This document shows positions 1 through 10,043 of a stretch of DNA of 64,000 bases, one piece after another. The stretch is taken from positions 2,849,121 through 2,913,120 of the forward strand of contig CP104013.1 of NCBI GenBank assembly GCA_025839675.1. Direction: 5' to 3'. The position numbers and the translations under genes are program-made. This DNA is from Candidatus Lokiarchaeum ossiferum. Its GTDB lineage: Archaea > Asgardarchaeota > Lokiarchaeia > Sigyniarchaeales > Promethearchaeaceae. Below the pieces are notes generated by a model. That model ran no database searches. It was not told the DNA's origin and was given only the letters and a program-made list of their open reading frames with translations. Positions within the stretch are counted from its first letter, which is position 1. The number at the start of each line of letters is the position of its first letter.

Positions 1-1250
1 TGCAAGGTTTTCTTTTCTTGCTCCGCAAGTTTCCGTTCGGTGATATCTTCAAAAATGATTTGTAGAACAGGCTCTTTATATTGGATGATTGGAATGGTTA
101 TTTGTTTCACCCACTTAACTTCATTATCAGAACAAAGATATCGAAGTTCATAAAAATTATGAGGGATTTTATCCAAATTTTGAAAATCATAGTATTTTTT
201 AACTTGGGGTAAATCTTGAGGGTGAATATGTGAAAAGAGGGTTTCTATATCCCACAAGTTTTGATTTTTTAGAGTCATTTTCATACATTTCTTCATTAAA
301 GCATTAATATAAATAATTCGATTTCCTTTGATCAAATACATGGCCAGAAATTCTTCTTCGACTAATTTTTTGAAATTAAACATCCCAATTTTATTATAGT
401 CATCGTCAATTTTAGGACTAACATCGATCGGTTTCTGAAAACCAAAATAAATGAAAATCGGGGAAAGTGTCCAAATGAAATGGCCTAGATAAGTAAAAAA
501 AAACCGATTGGAAGTCCCGTGGAATAGTAAGGGAACCGCCCCTTCTAAAATTCCAAGAAAAAGCCAATATAAATTTCCAATTCCCATTATCAGCACACCC
601 AAGATTAATGCGAGAATATGGTGTTTCATTTTATTAGAAGACTGAGCAAGAATTTCTTTCCTCAAGCTTGAGATTAATAATACAACGCCCCCAAAATAAA
701 TACAAATAAATAAGCCAATAACAAATCCCCCCAATCCTTGATATTCAGCATTAACTATGGGCAATCCATCAAGAATTTCAACTTTAATTTGGTCAAAGGC
801 AAGAACTATGAGGGAAATAACTAATACTGTCATGCGAACGACCCAATTTCGGAAAATTTTGGATGCTTGTGCTTCCCCAAGAAGAATTGTCAGAGAAGCA
901 AAGAAATACGACCATAACTGAATTAAAGCACCAGTAAATGCAATATCCCGTATCAAATTGACAAGGGTGAGCGAGAGATAATTTGAAAGATATCCTTTAT
1001 AAATTCCATCAGGAGCCAAGCTCATACTCACGGGAGCGAACAAAAAAATGAATATATCAAGAAAAATATAAATAAACCATCCAATTAATCCGATGAAAAA
1101 GAGGCGTTCTACTAATGGACGGTCGTTCCAATTGTGTTCAGAGTATTTTTTATACGCCAAAATAATATTGAGGAAAAATAACGATGATTCAATCGCCTTC
1201 GGGATGATTAGTATTAATTGTAAGTATTCGAAATAAATAAGGGTCACCAT
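1..1250 (-). CDS. Membrane sensor protein with a multi-TM N-terminus and a PAS-like domain, partial (C-terminal part runs off the window start); probably a sensor histidine kinase
   Basis: ATG at 1250 on the minus strand (read by hand, not in the ORF track because it is incomplete). The N-terminus translates to about 8 hydrophobic helices, followed by a PAS-like segment (HIHPQDLPQVKKYY...LRYLCSDNEVKWVKQ...FEDITERKLAEQ) that continues past position 1. Confidence 0.5.
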   Translation of the reverse strand, partial: MVTLIYFEYLQLILIIPKAIESSLFFLNIILAYKKYSEHNWNDRPLVERLFFIGLIGWFIYIFLDIFIFLFAPVSMSLAPDGIYKGYLSNYLSLTLVNLIRDIAFTGALIQLWSYFFASLTILLGEAQASKIFRNWVVRMTVLVISLIVLAFDQIKVEILDGLPIVNAEYQGLGGFVIGLFICIYFGGVVLLISSLRKEILAQSSNKMKHHILALILGVLIMGIGNLYWLFLGILEGAVPLLFHGTSNRFFFTYLGHFIWTLSPIFIYFGFQKPIDVSPKIDDDYNKIGMFNFKKLVEEEFLAMYLIKGNRIIYINALMKKCMKMTLKNQNLWDIETLFSHIHPQDLPQVKKYYDFQNLDKIPHNFYELRYLCSDNEVKWVKQITIPIIQYKEPVLQIIFEDITERKLAEQEKKTL

Positions 1251-1311
1251 TATTATTGTAATTCCTTTTGTTCACGTGACTTTAAAAAATAATGGGATAA
1301 TTCACCCATGG

Positions 1312-2595
1312 TTAAAAATCTATCATTGTTCCTTCGAATGCATATTCAAGCAACTTTTGAATTTCATCATCGGATGCATCCCGTGGGCTCATAGTAATGC
1401 TGGCACTCTCATTCGTAAGATCTACCAGTCGACCCATTTGTGAATCAAGTTGTTCACGCGTAATCCCACATTCACTTAATTTAGTAGGAAAATTTAATTG
1501 TTTTTGGAGAGAAACAATATACTCAATTAATTTATGAGCTGCTTGCTTATTATCATCATTCCATTGGGCAATTCCAGTCTTTTTTGCTGCGATACCTAAA
1601 ATTATTGTTGCACTATCATCGTCGGAATTGTTTAGGTAAAACTGAAGAATATAGGGGAGAACAACACCCACGCTAATTCCATGAGTTATATGAAACACTG
1701 CACCCAATGAATGTCCTAAGGAGTGTCCAATGGTGACTTGGGAATTTCCAAAACCTAAACCCGCAATCGTTGCTGCATTCGCCATCTTTTCCCGAGCAAG
1801 TTGATTTTTTCCATCTTCAACAACCAATGGGAGATATTGCTTAACAAGACTAATTGCATGTAAACACATCCCATCGGCAAGATCATTTTTCCATTCTGAA
1901 ACCAAACCTTCGCAAGAATGGGCTAAGGCATCAAATCCAGTGGCAACAGTTAGAGATTGCGGTAAGTTGGTTGTAAAAATTGGATCCACAATCGCATAGG
2001 TGGGTAACACATCAAAATGTGCTTGCTCCAATTTTGATTGCAAGCCATCTTCATCGGTGCGTGTCACAATGACGGCCCAAGTTGCTTCTGCGCCTGTTCC
2101 AGAAGTGGTCGGAATCGCAACGCACTTGGCTTTGATTCCCATATGTAAATCTTCAAAGGGATTTAAATCATCGATTCCAAAATCATCATGTTCATAGAGA
2201 AACCAAACTGCTTTGGCTGCATCCAAGGAAGAACCCCCACCAAGACCAATGATTAAGTCAGGTTCAAATTTTGCACATAACTCTTTTGCTTTAAGAATAG
2301 TGTCTTCATGAGGATCTGGTTCCACTCCATCAAATATTTCCCAGGATTTCTCAAATTCTTGCAATTTATCGGTTAAAATTTTAACAATCCCCAATTTAAC
2401 CAATATTTTATCTGTTACAATAAAACACTTTTGACCTTTAATACTTTCAAACTGATCAAGAGCATCTTCACCGAAGTAAACTGTTTTTGGACTAACAAAT
2501 GTAGGCATTTTTTTACACCAACTAAAGGATAGATAATCAAAAAAAAAGAGGTTCCAAGAATTTAAGTTAAAATTTTTCGGTATCAACCATTCCAA
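1312..2595 (-). CDS. Iron-containing (group III) alcohol dehydrogenase
   Basis: 427 aa. GGGSSLDAAKA NAD-binding motif. His-rich metal site (AHSCEGL, HSLGHSLGAVFHITHG) typical of Fe-ADH. Confidence 0.85.
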   Translation of the reverse strand: MEWLIPKNFNLNSWNLFFFDYLSFSWCKKMPTFVSPKTVYFGEDALDQFESIKGQKCFIVTDKILVKLGIVKILTDKLQEFEKSWEIFDGVEPDPHEDTILKAKELCAKFEPDLIIGLGGGSSLDAAKAVWFLYEHDDFGIDDLNPFEDLHMGIKAKCVAIPTTSGTGAEATWAVIVTRTDEDGLQSKLEQAHFDVLPTYAIVDPIFTTNLPQSLTVATGFDALAHSCEGLVSEWKNDLADGMCLHAISLVKQYLPLVVEDGKNQLAREKMANAATIAGLGFGNSQVTIGHSLGHSLGAVFHITHGISVGVVLPYILQFYLNNSDDDSATIILGIAAKKTGIAQWNDDNKQAAHKLIEYIVSLQKQLNFPTKLSECGITREQLDSQMGRLVDLTNESASITMSPRDASDDEIQKLLEYAFEGTMIDF

Positions 2596-2974
2596 TCGTT
2601 TTAACGAGGTTTTTTGCGGCTTTCACAGCCCGCATTACCTTTTTCATGTCCCCTTTTAATTTAAACTTCTTTGACATCAATCCTTTGATAGGATCAAGTT
2701 TTCCATCGATTAATTTCGACCAATTTTCCCATTTTCCAGAAAACACAAAGGCAGCATCGACTTCTTCACCCTCAGGAATTGTTCGCATACTTCGTGCCTT
2801 TCCATGCCACAGATCTGCATAAAAGCGAATTTCATGATCTAAATTTCCTTCTGGTTGGACAATGAAGACAAAATCGCCTTCCCAAGTTTTAGCACTCTCT
2901 TCATAGGCCGCATTATTATTTAATGTCTCCATATAGGAGGAGACCCATTCTTGACTTCCAAATTTTAAACCCAT
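2567..2974 (-). CDS. SCP2 sterol-carrier-like domain protein
   Basis: 135 aa, resembles stand-alone SCP2 lipid-binding domains (C-terminal KGDMKKVMRAVKA helix). The start overlaps the ADH stop (shared operon). Confidence 0.55.
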   Translation of the reverse strand: MGLKFGSQEWVSSYMETLNNNAAYEESAKTWEGDFVFIVQPEGNLDHEIRFYADLWHGKARSMRTIPEGEEVDAAFVFSGKWENWSKLIDGKLDPIKGLMSKKFKLKGDMKKVMRAVKAAKNLVKTIGMVDTEKF

Positions 2975-3056
2975 ATTATATTCACCAAATGATATTCGAA
3001 TTCAATTCTGTCCTTAAGTCTAATATATTTTTGCTTAAAATTGCAAATCATAAATT

Positions 3057-3075
3057 TTGACCATTGAAAGGTCAA
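3057..3075. promoter_or_regulatory. Perfect palindrome TTGACC-N7-GGTCAA in the intergenic region between two minus-strand genes; possible operator or hairpin
   Basis: ttgaccattgaaaggtcaa read directly from the sequence; sits upstream of the SCP2/ADH operon start. Confidence 0.2.
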
Positions 3076-3144
3076 TAAAAATACAATTTTAGATAAAGTA
3101 TAATTTCAAAAAATTTAGAAATGAAAGAAAAAAGAATATTTTTA

Positions 3145-3903
3145 TTATGAATTCGAATTGATTATGGATATGACATCTTCCACAGGATTTAGAGAGGATT
3201 TCTTATATTTAAGCTTGATTTTATCTTGAATTAAAGGGATGTAGATTTTTCCTTCTTTCAAAGCGGATTTATTGTTAATAACAAGAGATGATAATTCCAG
3301 TAACAATGCAAATCCTTCAGAATAAGTTTTCCGATACGATTCAATCTCAAATTCCATATAACCATAAAGATTTAATCCAATCGTATGCAAATAGTAAGTT
3401 CCATCATCATTTTTATGCCCTGTTGTTTTAATCCAAAGCATTAAAGGAAGTTTATTTGATGAGAGAAGGTTAGATTGTTCAATGAATAGTGAGTCTTGAA
3501 TGACCTGGGATGAAGCCCCCCAAAATACACCAATAGAATCTGAAATTTTACATACAGAAGCCGTAACCCGAGTTAACTGTTTTGAAATTTCAATTGGATC
3601 TACTTCACCTCGGGTAAAGATTAGTATATGACTACTATGACTAGAAACTTCCGCTTCAGCTTCTTTCCAATGATATGCAGTCTTACTTGGCAGCTCAAGA
3701 TCCTTAGAAGGAAAAGGTGTGGGGATTTCAGATATAATAAATTGGATCTTGTTCCAATCAAAAGAAAAAGCTTGACTTGTTCGCTCAAACTCAGAAATTT
3801 CTAAGCCACTTCCCCAATCATTCGCAATTTGTTCCACAAGTTTGGTTTCATTGATGTCCGACTTCGACTTCAACAAAATCATCGCCATTTGGATGTGAAC
3901 CAT
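3145..3903 (-). CDS. Hypothetical protein (252 aa), no confident domain
   Basis: Long ORF with a clean start. Mixed alpha/beta composition and no motif I can recognise. Confidence 0.5.
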   Translation of the reverse strand: MVHIQMAMILLKSKSDINETKLVEQIANDWGSGLEISEFERTSQAFSFDWNKIQFIISEIPTPFPSKDLELPSKTAYHWKEAEAEVSSHSSHILIFTRGEVDPIEISKQLTRVTASVCKISDSIGVFWGASSQVIQDSLFIEQSNLLSSNKLPLMLWIKTTGHKNDDGTYYLHTIGLNLYGYMEFEIESYRKTYSEGFALLLELSSLVINNKSALKEGKIYIPLIQDKIKLKYKKSSLNPVEDVISIINSNS

Positions 3904-4021
3904 GATATAGATTATATATTACATTATCTTCTCTTTAACTGTTTTGCTAAAAAAAAAATAAAGCATTAAGAAGATAAACAGCAAACTATATTCATAACTT
4001 TCACATACGAAGGGTAAAACC

Positions 4022-5863
4022 ATGAAGGGATTTACAAAAACAATTCTTGAAATAAATCTATCTAAAAATTCCGTTAAAAAAACTCCGCTTAATGAAGACA
4101 TTGCGCGTAAATTTTTGGGAGGGGCAGGATATGCATGTGCCACATTGTTTCCACTACTTTCAAAAGAGACTGATCCTTTGGGACCAGATAATAAACTATT
4201 TTTTATGACTGGACCACTCACAGGAACAACTGCCACATCTTCTGGGAGGATGGTTGTTTGTGCAAAATCACCCTTAACCGGAATTTGGGGAGAATCTAAT
4301 TCAGGAAGTGATGCCTGCATCCAGCTCAAAAAGGCAGGATATGATGGAATATTAATCCATGGAAAAGCTAAAGCACCTGTTTATCTCGAAATATTAGATG
4401 AGCAAGTAGTGATTAAACCAGCTGACCATCTTTGGGGAAAGGGAATTTATGAAACTACCAGCCATCTGAAAAACTTAGAGAAGTTTAAAAAGCCTCGTGT
4501 TATGGCTATCGGCCCAGCGGGGGAAAATTTAGTCAATTTTGCCATTATTGGAAGTGAAGAACGCGCCTTTGGGCGAACTGGGATGGGGGCGGTCATGGGG
4601 TCCAAAAATTTGAAAGCGATCGTGATTCAAGGTAGTGGTAAAATTGAAATTACCCATCCCGATGAATTTAAGGAATTAACCAAGACAACTAATTCGGAAA
4701 TGATGGAAATCTTTACCTATGAAATGATGCAAGAATTGGGTACCAGCGGATCTTTAGATATGTATTCAGTTTCTGGAGAACTCCCGATTAAGTATTATCG
4801 GGGCTCAGAATTTGAAAACACCGATGAAATTTCTGGATCAACCTTAGCAGAAAAATATTTGAAGAAGAACCATCATTGTTTTGCATGCCCAATTGGTTGT
4901 GGTAGAATAGTGGAACTTGGAGAAAATGGCCAAAAACTCCCAACTATTCCGTTTGAAGGTCCTGAATATGAGACCATGGCCGGTTTTGGATCTCTTATGA
5001 TGAATGAGGACCTTGAAGCCATTATTAAAGCGAATTACTTATGTAATGATCTTGGATTGGACACGATCTCCTCAAGTTCTATGATTGCTCTATTAATGGA
5101 TCTTGTTGAACGAAGGAAACTGAAGCCTTCAGATATAGATGGAATCTCCTTACAATTCGGTAAAATGGACGAGGTATTTGATTTGCTTGAAAAAATTGCA
5201 TTAAGACAAGGAATAGGGAATATTATTGCAGAAGGAAGTCAACAGCTGATTAAAGATTTTGCAATTGATCCAGAGCAAGTGGCAACCATCCATAATTCTC
5301 ATGTAACTTATCACGACATGCGAAGTACCAGCCCTATGGCTATCGCTTATGGGATTAGCCCTCACTATGGAGGATCCCATAATTCCTGTGATGGTTATAT
5401 GGTGACGACAGGATTAGAAATTCCAGATTTGGGAATATCTCTTGATGGACCATATGAAGAACCCAAGGAAACAGCTATAGTTGCAGGAAAATTGATGGAA
5501 TATCGCGCTTTTTATTCCGCGGCAATTTTCTGTGTATTTGCTAATCCACCTCCCAAAAATCTTGCAAAATATTTAGAACTCGCACTAGGAGAACCTTTTA
5601 CAATGGAACGAATTGTCACAACAGGTCAACGTATTCTCACTTTGAAACGTCTTTTCAATTTGAAGATGGGACATACCCCCCAAGATGAACATATTCCGAA
5701 AATATTGTTAGAACCACTTCCTGAAAGTGGGTCTGAAGGTCAAGTCCCCGATGTCGCGACCTTATTTTCAGAATTTTATTCCTATATGGAATGGGATAAG
5801 GAGAGTGGAATACCATTGAAAGATAAAATTAAGCGATTGGAACTAGAAAGTTATTCAATTTAA
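4022..5863 (+). CDS. aor: Tungsten-containing aldehyde:ferredoxin oxidoreductase (AOR family)
   Basis: 613 aa. AOR N-terminal domain, Cys motif HCFACPIGCGR for the 4Fe-4S cluster, and length and architecture typical of AOR. Confidence 0.85.
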   Translation: MKGFTKTILEINLSKNSVKKTPLNEDIARKFLGGAGYACATLFPLLSKETDPLGPDNKLFFMTGPLTGTTATSSGRMVVCAKSPLTGIWGESNSGSDACIQLKKAGYDGILIHGKAKAPVYLEILDEQVVIKPADHLWGKGIYETTSHLKNLEKFKKPRVMAIGPAGENLVNFAIIGSEERAFGRTGMGAVMGSKNLKAIVIQGSGKIEITHPDEFKELTKTTNSEMMEIFTYEMMQELGTSGSLDMYSVSGELPIKYYRGSEFENTDEISGSTLAEKYLKKNHHCFACPIGCGRIVELGENGQKLPTIPFEGPEYETMAGFGSLMMNEDLEAIIKANYLCNDLGLDTISSSSMIALLMDLVERRKLKPSDIDGISLQFGKMDEVFDLLEKIALRQGIGNIIAEGSQQLIKDFAIDPEQVATIHNSHVTYHDMRSTSPMAIAYGISPHYGGSHNSCDGYMVTTGLEIPDLGISLDGPYEEPKETAIVAGKLMEYRAFYSAAIFCVFANPPPKNLAKYLELALGEPFTMERIVTTGQRILTLKRLFNLKMGHTPQDEHIPKILLEPLPESGSEGQVPDVATLFSEFYSYMEWDKESGIPLKDKIKRLELESYSI

Positions 5864-5998
5864 TTCTTTTTTACTACTTTGTAAATAAATAGCATTGTTA
5901 CATTTAAATCGCTTAGAACCCTTTTTTCAATTAATTTGAATTTTTTCTTCGAGTATGGATTTATTAACAAATTTGACTAATTTATTTTTATCTTTTGA

Positions 5999-7048
5999 AT
6001 GATGGATATGAAAAAAATGAAGACAAGAAAAAAACAAATGTTGATAATCACTACTATAATCTTCTTATTTTTGCAACAGAATGTCAAGGCAGCAAGTAAT
6101 TCATCTCTTGCATTTTCTGAAGGAACTCAATTAGTTTGGAGGGTTAATAAAACAACAACAACTAATGGAACAGATGTTGAGGAAAAAACATTTTATCAGC
6201 GATTAAATATTTCTAAAATTGTAGAAGATTCAACAACAGTAAACGTTACTTTCAATTCATTAGAGAGTAATGAAACAGTAACTGAATCAACTATAAACGC
6301 TGCGAATTGGACGGAATCACATTTTGGATTAACCACAGGAAATCAAACCAATATATTCGATCGTTCTGTTGATGGAGGCGATATATTTCCATTTTTCTGC
6401 TTATTAGATAGTAACTTATCAAAAATTCAAACTTTTAATGAAACTACTACATTGAATTTCTTGTCTGAAATAGCTATGAAGCTATCTATTGAATATCTCA
6501 TTACTCTTTTTGTGATGGCTTTTTCAACCATTTCTAGCGACATTTCAGAATTAACAAATTCAAGCCAAATATTAACATGTACAGATACAAAATTGGTTGG
6601 ATCATATGCTTACAATTCAACTGCATTTTTTTCGGGTACTAATGCATGGACAAACATGACTCTAGAAACAACAGTGGATCTTAATTACGATCCAGTCAGT
6701 AGGGTTCTTATTTCTGGAAATATAAATACCGCAACGAACATGACAATGTGGAATAACACATTGATGAAATATGTGTCTACTGATATGACATATTTAAGCG
6801 AATTTCAATTAATCGCCCCTATGAATTTAGATACAAGTGATTCAACGACCACAACCTCAACAACTACAACTTCCCCAGATGAGACAAGCACTTCGACTTC
6901 CACAAATTCAACAATTGAAACGAGTCATGGGGAAGAAGGCGGAATTCAAGGATTACTAGATTCAATTCCAGGTTTTACTGCATATTATTTAATAGGTTTT
7001 AGTATTTTAGGGATTATTATCCTAATTAAGATAAGAAAATACCAGTAA
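5999..7048 (+). CDS. Secreted surface glycoprotein with signal peptide, about 15 N-glycosylation sequons, a Thr/Ser-rich linker and a PGF-CTERM archaeosortase sorting signal
   Basis: N-terminal basic region plus hydrophobic h-region (KKMKTRKKQMLIITTIIFLFL), with likely cleavage near VKA/AS. Many N-x-S/T sequons. Linker TTTTSTTTTSPDETSTSTSTNST. The C-terminus is IPGFTAYYLIGFSILGIIILIKIRKYQ (PGF, then a TM helix, then a basic tail). Confidence 0.7.
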   Translation: MMDMKKMKTRKKQMLIITTIIFLFLQQNVKAASNSSLAFSEGTQLVWRVNKTTTTNGTDVEEKTFYQRLNISKIVEDSTTVNVTFNSLESNETVTESTINAANWTESHFGLTTGNQTNIFDRSVDGGDIFPFFCLLDSNLSKIQTFNETTTLNFLSEIAMKLSIEYLITLFVMAFSTISSDISELTNSSQILTCTDTKLVGSYAYNSTAFFSGTNAWTNMTLETTVDLNYDPVSRVLISGNINTATNMTMWNNTLMKYVSTDMTYLSEFQLIAPMNLDTSDSTTTTSTTTTSPDETSTSTSTNSTIETSHGEEGGIQGLLDSIPGFTAYYLIGFSILGIIILIKIRKYQ

Positions 7049-7170
7049 AACATTTTTTCAACCGTTTTTTTGTTTCTATTTTATTTTATTCTGAATGATT
7101 TCTATTAAATAAGATCGCGGTTATAATAGGAAGAACTAAAAAATAGTAAAAACAAACCATAACTTAGCTT

Positions 7171-8424
7171 ATGTCATCAAAATTGACTGTCGAAAATATT
7201 TTGCATGAGTTAGTAAAAATCCCATCTCCCTATCCTTTCGAAAATCAGATAGTAGAATGGATTGCCAATTTCATAAAAGAACGCAGTTTCACCATCCATA
7301 AGATACCAGTAGAAGATCGGTTTTGTCTTGTAGCAAAACGAGGATCAGGAAAAAGTTTACTTCTATTTGGTCATTTAGATACAGTCCCAATTCAAGGAGT
7401 TGAAGATGAAACCCCACATCAACCAGAAGGACGCAATAAAATAGCCGAACATGCTAAAACTCTGGGATGGTTTCAAGATCCGTTTATCCCATTGATTAAG
7501 AAGGGGAGAATGTATGGAAATGGAGCCGTGGATATGAAAGCGGGAGTGGCATCAATCTTAGCCACAGCGATATCACTGCCAGAGGAATGGTTTAAAACCA
7601 ATGAATTAATATTAGCCTTCTCTGTTGATGAAGAATTTGTTGATAAAGGCATGTACCAGTTACTCCAAACAGATTTGATTCGCCATGCAAAAGGTTGTAT
7701 CTGTCCTGAAATTGCGGATATTTCTGAAGTGGTTGAAATGGGTGAGACACCCGATGTTGGAACAATTCTCCTAGGTCGGAGGGGAAGGATAGCCATAGAA
7801 GTATTAGTGAAGGGAAAAGCGGCCCATGCGGCTACACCTAAAGCAGGGATTAATGCGATAGAACTTGCAACAACAATGATAAATCATGTCATGAAATCTG
7901 TAGAATCGGGGGAGTTACCTCTGGGAAAACATGAAATTTTGCCGGAAGCATCCATAACCCCCCTAAAAATTCATGCTGGTACAAGTTCCCTTTCTGTACC
8001 CGATTCTTGCTTGGTAGAATTTGATCGTCATTTAGTACCTCCAGAAACACCAGAATCTGTCCTAAAACAAATGGAAGAATGTATCAAACAAGTGTTAAAA
8101 CCCTCCGAATTTGAAATTCGGAAAACGAACCGTCCCACACCATTTCTCCTTCCTTTCGTGACATCGAAGGATTCGGATATCGCTAAAGTGACCATATCAA
8201 CTCTTGAATCTTTAGGATATACTGTCAAAATTTCGGGAGGAAATTCTGTGGCAGATGAAAACATGCTTAGTTCCTCTGACTATAAACACCCTATCCTTCA
8301 TGCAATCCCCACAATCGTCTTAGGTTGTAAAGGAGGAAACTACCACAAGGAAAATGAATGGGTAGATTTGAGATCCTTAGAAAAACACTACCAAGCTTTA
8401 CTCAAAATTTGCGAAAATTGGTAA
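7171..8424 (+). CDS. M20 family metallopeptidase (ArgE/DapE/CPG2-like deacylase)
   Basis: 417 aa. Metal-binding FGHLDTVP motif and M20 dimerisation-domain layout. Confidence 0.8.
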   Translation: MSSKLTVENILHELVKIPSPYPFENQIVEWIANFIKERSFTIHKIPVEDRFCLVAKRGSGKSLLLFGHLDTVPIQGVEDETPHQPEGRNKIAEHAKTLGWFQDPFIPLIKKGRMYGNGAVDMKAGVASILATAISLPEEWFKTNELILAFSVDEEFVDKGMYQLLQTDLIRHAKGCICPEIADISEVVEMGETPDVGTILLGRRGRIAIEVLVKGKAAHAATPKAGINAIELATTMINHVMKSVESGELPLGKHEILPEASITPLKIHAGTSSLSVPDSCLVEFDRHLVPPETPESVLKQMEECIKQVLKPSEFEIRKTNRPTPFLLPFVTSKDSDIAKVTISTLESLGYTVKISGGNSVADENMLSSSDYKHPILHAIPTIVLGCKGGNYHKENEWVDLRSLEKHYQALLKICENW

Positions 8425-8440
8425 GATAGAAAAAAAAGAA

Positions 8441-9373
8441 TTATAATAATTGTGGAAAAATTCGAGTGTAATGAACTGCTGCAACATGAACGCCTGCGGC
8501 ATATCCCTTTTTTTGTAATTCTTTCATCATCGGTTGGTACAAGTCAACATTAATTTTATCGTAAGCTGCCTTTTTGGCTTTTTTTTCCAATCCTTGAGCT
8601 TTCACATTTTTGAATTGGGATAAAATATCTTTAGGAACAGAAACCCCTGGCACGTATTTATCAAAATCCCGAGCTGTGGAATAATTTCGCATTGGAAATA
8701 TGCCAACTAAGACTGGAACACCCAATTTTTTTAATTCTTGAAAGAAAGGTTCAGTGGTTTCCAAATCATAAACGACTTGAGTTTGAATAAATTCGGCACC
8801 CAATTCGACTTTTTTCTTCAATTTCAAGAGTTCAATTTCAGGATGGGTCGAATTTGGATTTGCACCCATTCCGATATGAAATTTAGGGGGTGCAATGTCA
8901 GCATCTTCAATTGGAATGCCATAAATCGTATGTTGATCTACCATTTCTCGAGCTAACATGAGCAATTGGGTAGAATCCAAATCAAAGGCAGGTTTGGATT
9001 GAGGAATATCCCCCACAGAAGAATGATCCCCCGACAAAACTAAAACGTTTCGGATTCCCGCTGCTGATGCACCTAACAAAGATGAGGCAAGACCAAGTCT
9101 ACTCAAATCTCGACAAGTTTGCTGATAAATGACTTCGACAGGAGTTTGATGTTGAATCGAGATCGAAGCCGCTAACCCACTCATGGAAACAAAAGATCCC
9201 GGAATATCTGTTACATTCGCTGCAGCAACATAATCTTTAATTTCCAAGGCTTCTTTAATCAAGGGTGCCATATTTGCACTGCGACCGGGTTCTAATTCTC
9301 CGGTAAATACGAATTTACCTGAATTCAATTCTTTCATTAACCGAGAGTAAGCGGGTTTATTCTTCGCATGCAT
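8441..9373 (-). CDS. metF: 5,10-methylenetetrahydrofolate reductase
   Basis: 310 aa. MTHFR TIM-barrel fold features (LSGDHSS, FIQTQVVYD). Confidence 0.8.
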   Translation of the reverse strand: MHAKNKPAYSRLMKELNSGKFVFTGELEPGRSANMAPLIKEALEIKDYVAAANVTDIPGSFVSMSGLAASISIQHQTPVEVIYQQTCRDLSRLGLASSLLGASAAGIRNVLVLSGDHSSVGDIPQSKPAFDLDSTQLLMLAREMVDQHTIYGIPIEDADIAPPKFHIGMGANPNSTHPEIELLKLKKKVELGAEFIQTQVVYDLETTEPFFQELKKLGVPVLVGIFPMRNYSTARDFDKYVPGVSVPKDILSQFKNVKAQGLEKKAKKAAYDKINVDLYQPMMKELQKKGYAAGVHVAAVHYTRIFPQLL

Positions 9374-10043
9374 AATAATCTTTCATCTCCTTACGTTGAT
9401 TTACGGTAGATCGTTTCGTCACTAAAGACCAATCTCGAGGGGGCCGTACTTTACTGAACAATTCCAATTTATCTAGTTTCTTCAACCGATTATAAATGGC
9501 GACCCATCCACAATCATTTTGATACCCTCCCATTTCACATTTTCCATCAATAACACCGCCACAAGGACCATTCAGAAGGGATTTTGCACAAGCCGTAATA
9601 GGACAGATCCCACCAGTTTCATTTAACACACACTTTCCACAAGCTCGACATTTTTCATGATAGAGACCAATTCGCTCGGTCTGGCTCATCATGATTGTGT
9701 CAGTAGTAATGATTACTGGTTTATCAGTCACTTCGCGAACCGTTTGAGCACCCATTCCACATGAAGCCACGATATATCCATCAATTTTTTGAGTCTCATT
9801 TTGAATATGTCGCAAATCGGTTTTCACGAGACGTTTATCACAAGGTTCTTCAATTACAATAGAAGCAGCAATTTGAATCCCATCTTGTTCTAAAGAATCC
9901 ACTATTTTTTTTAATCCTTCGGTCCCTCCAGTTCCACATTGGGCAGAGCAAGATCCACAGGAAATTACAGCGACTGTTTGTAAATCCCATTGCTTACATG
10001 CATCTCGAATTTCTGACCACGGTTTTGATACGGTTAAAATCAT
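9357..10043 (-). CDS. metV: MetV-like Cys-rich partner of MetF (MTHFR C-terminal-type domain with NGPCGG) plus an N-terminal CxxC...C domain
   Basis: The track ORF extends to 10238, but the first 65 aa are low-complexity and the internal Met at 10043 is the likelier start. The protein contains CGSCSAQCGTGG and CRACGKCV...CPITACAKSLLNGPCGG motifs. It overlaps the metF start by 17 nt. Confidence 0.6.
   Translation of the reverse strand: MILTVSKPWSEIRDACKQWDLQTVAVISCGSCSAQCGTGGTEGLKKIVDSLEQDGIQIAASIVIEEPCDKRLVKTDLRHIQNETQKIDGYIVASCGMGAQTVREVTDKPVIITTDTIMMSQTERIGLYHEKCRACGKCVLNETGGICPITACAKSLLNGPCGGVIDGKCEMGGYQNDCGWVAIYNRLKKLDKLELFSKVRPPRDWSLVTKRSTVNQRKEMKDYYACEE

Noticed and set aside
3919-4329. 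136-aa minus-strand ORF
   Set aside because: Overlaps the 5' 300 nt of the well-supported AOR gene on the opposite strand and has low-complexity hydrophobic composition; it is an antisense artefact.
7473-7796. Antisense ORFs inside annotated genes (this one and several others, e.g. 22167..22482, 23284..23785, 25247..25540)
   Set aside because: They are fully nested antisense to genes with strong motif support. They are short and have no start context.
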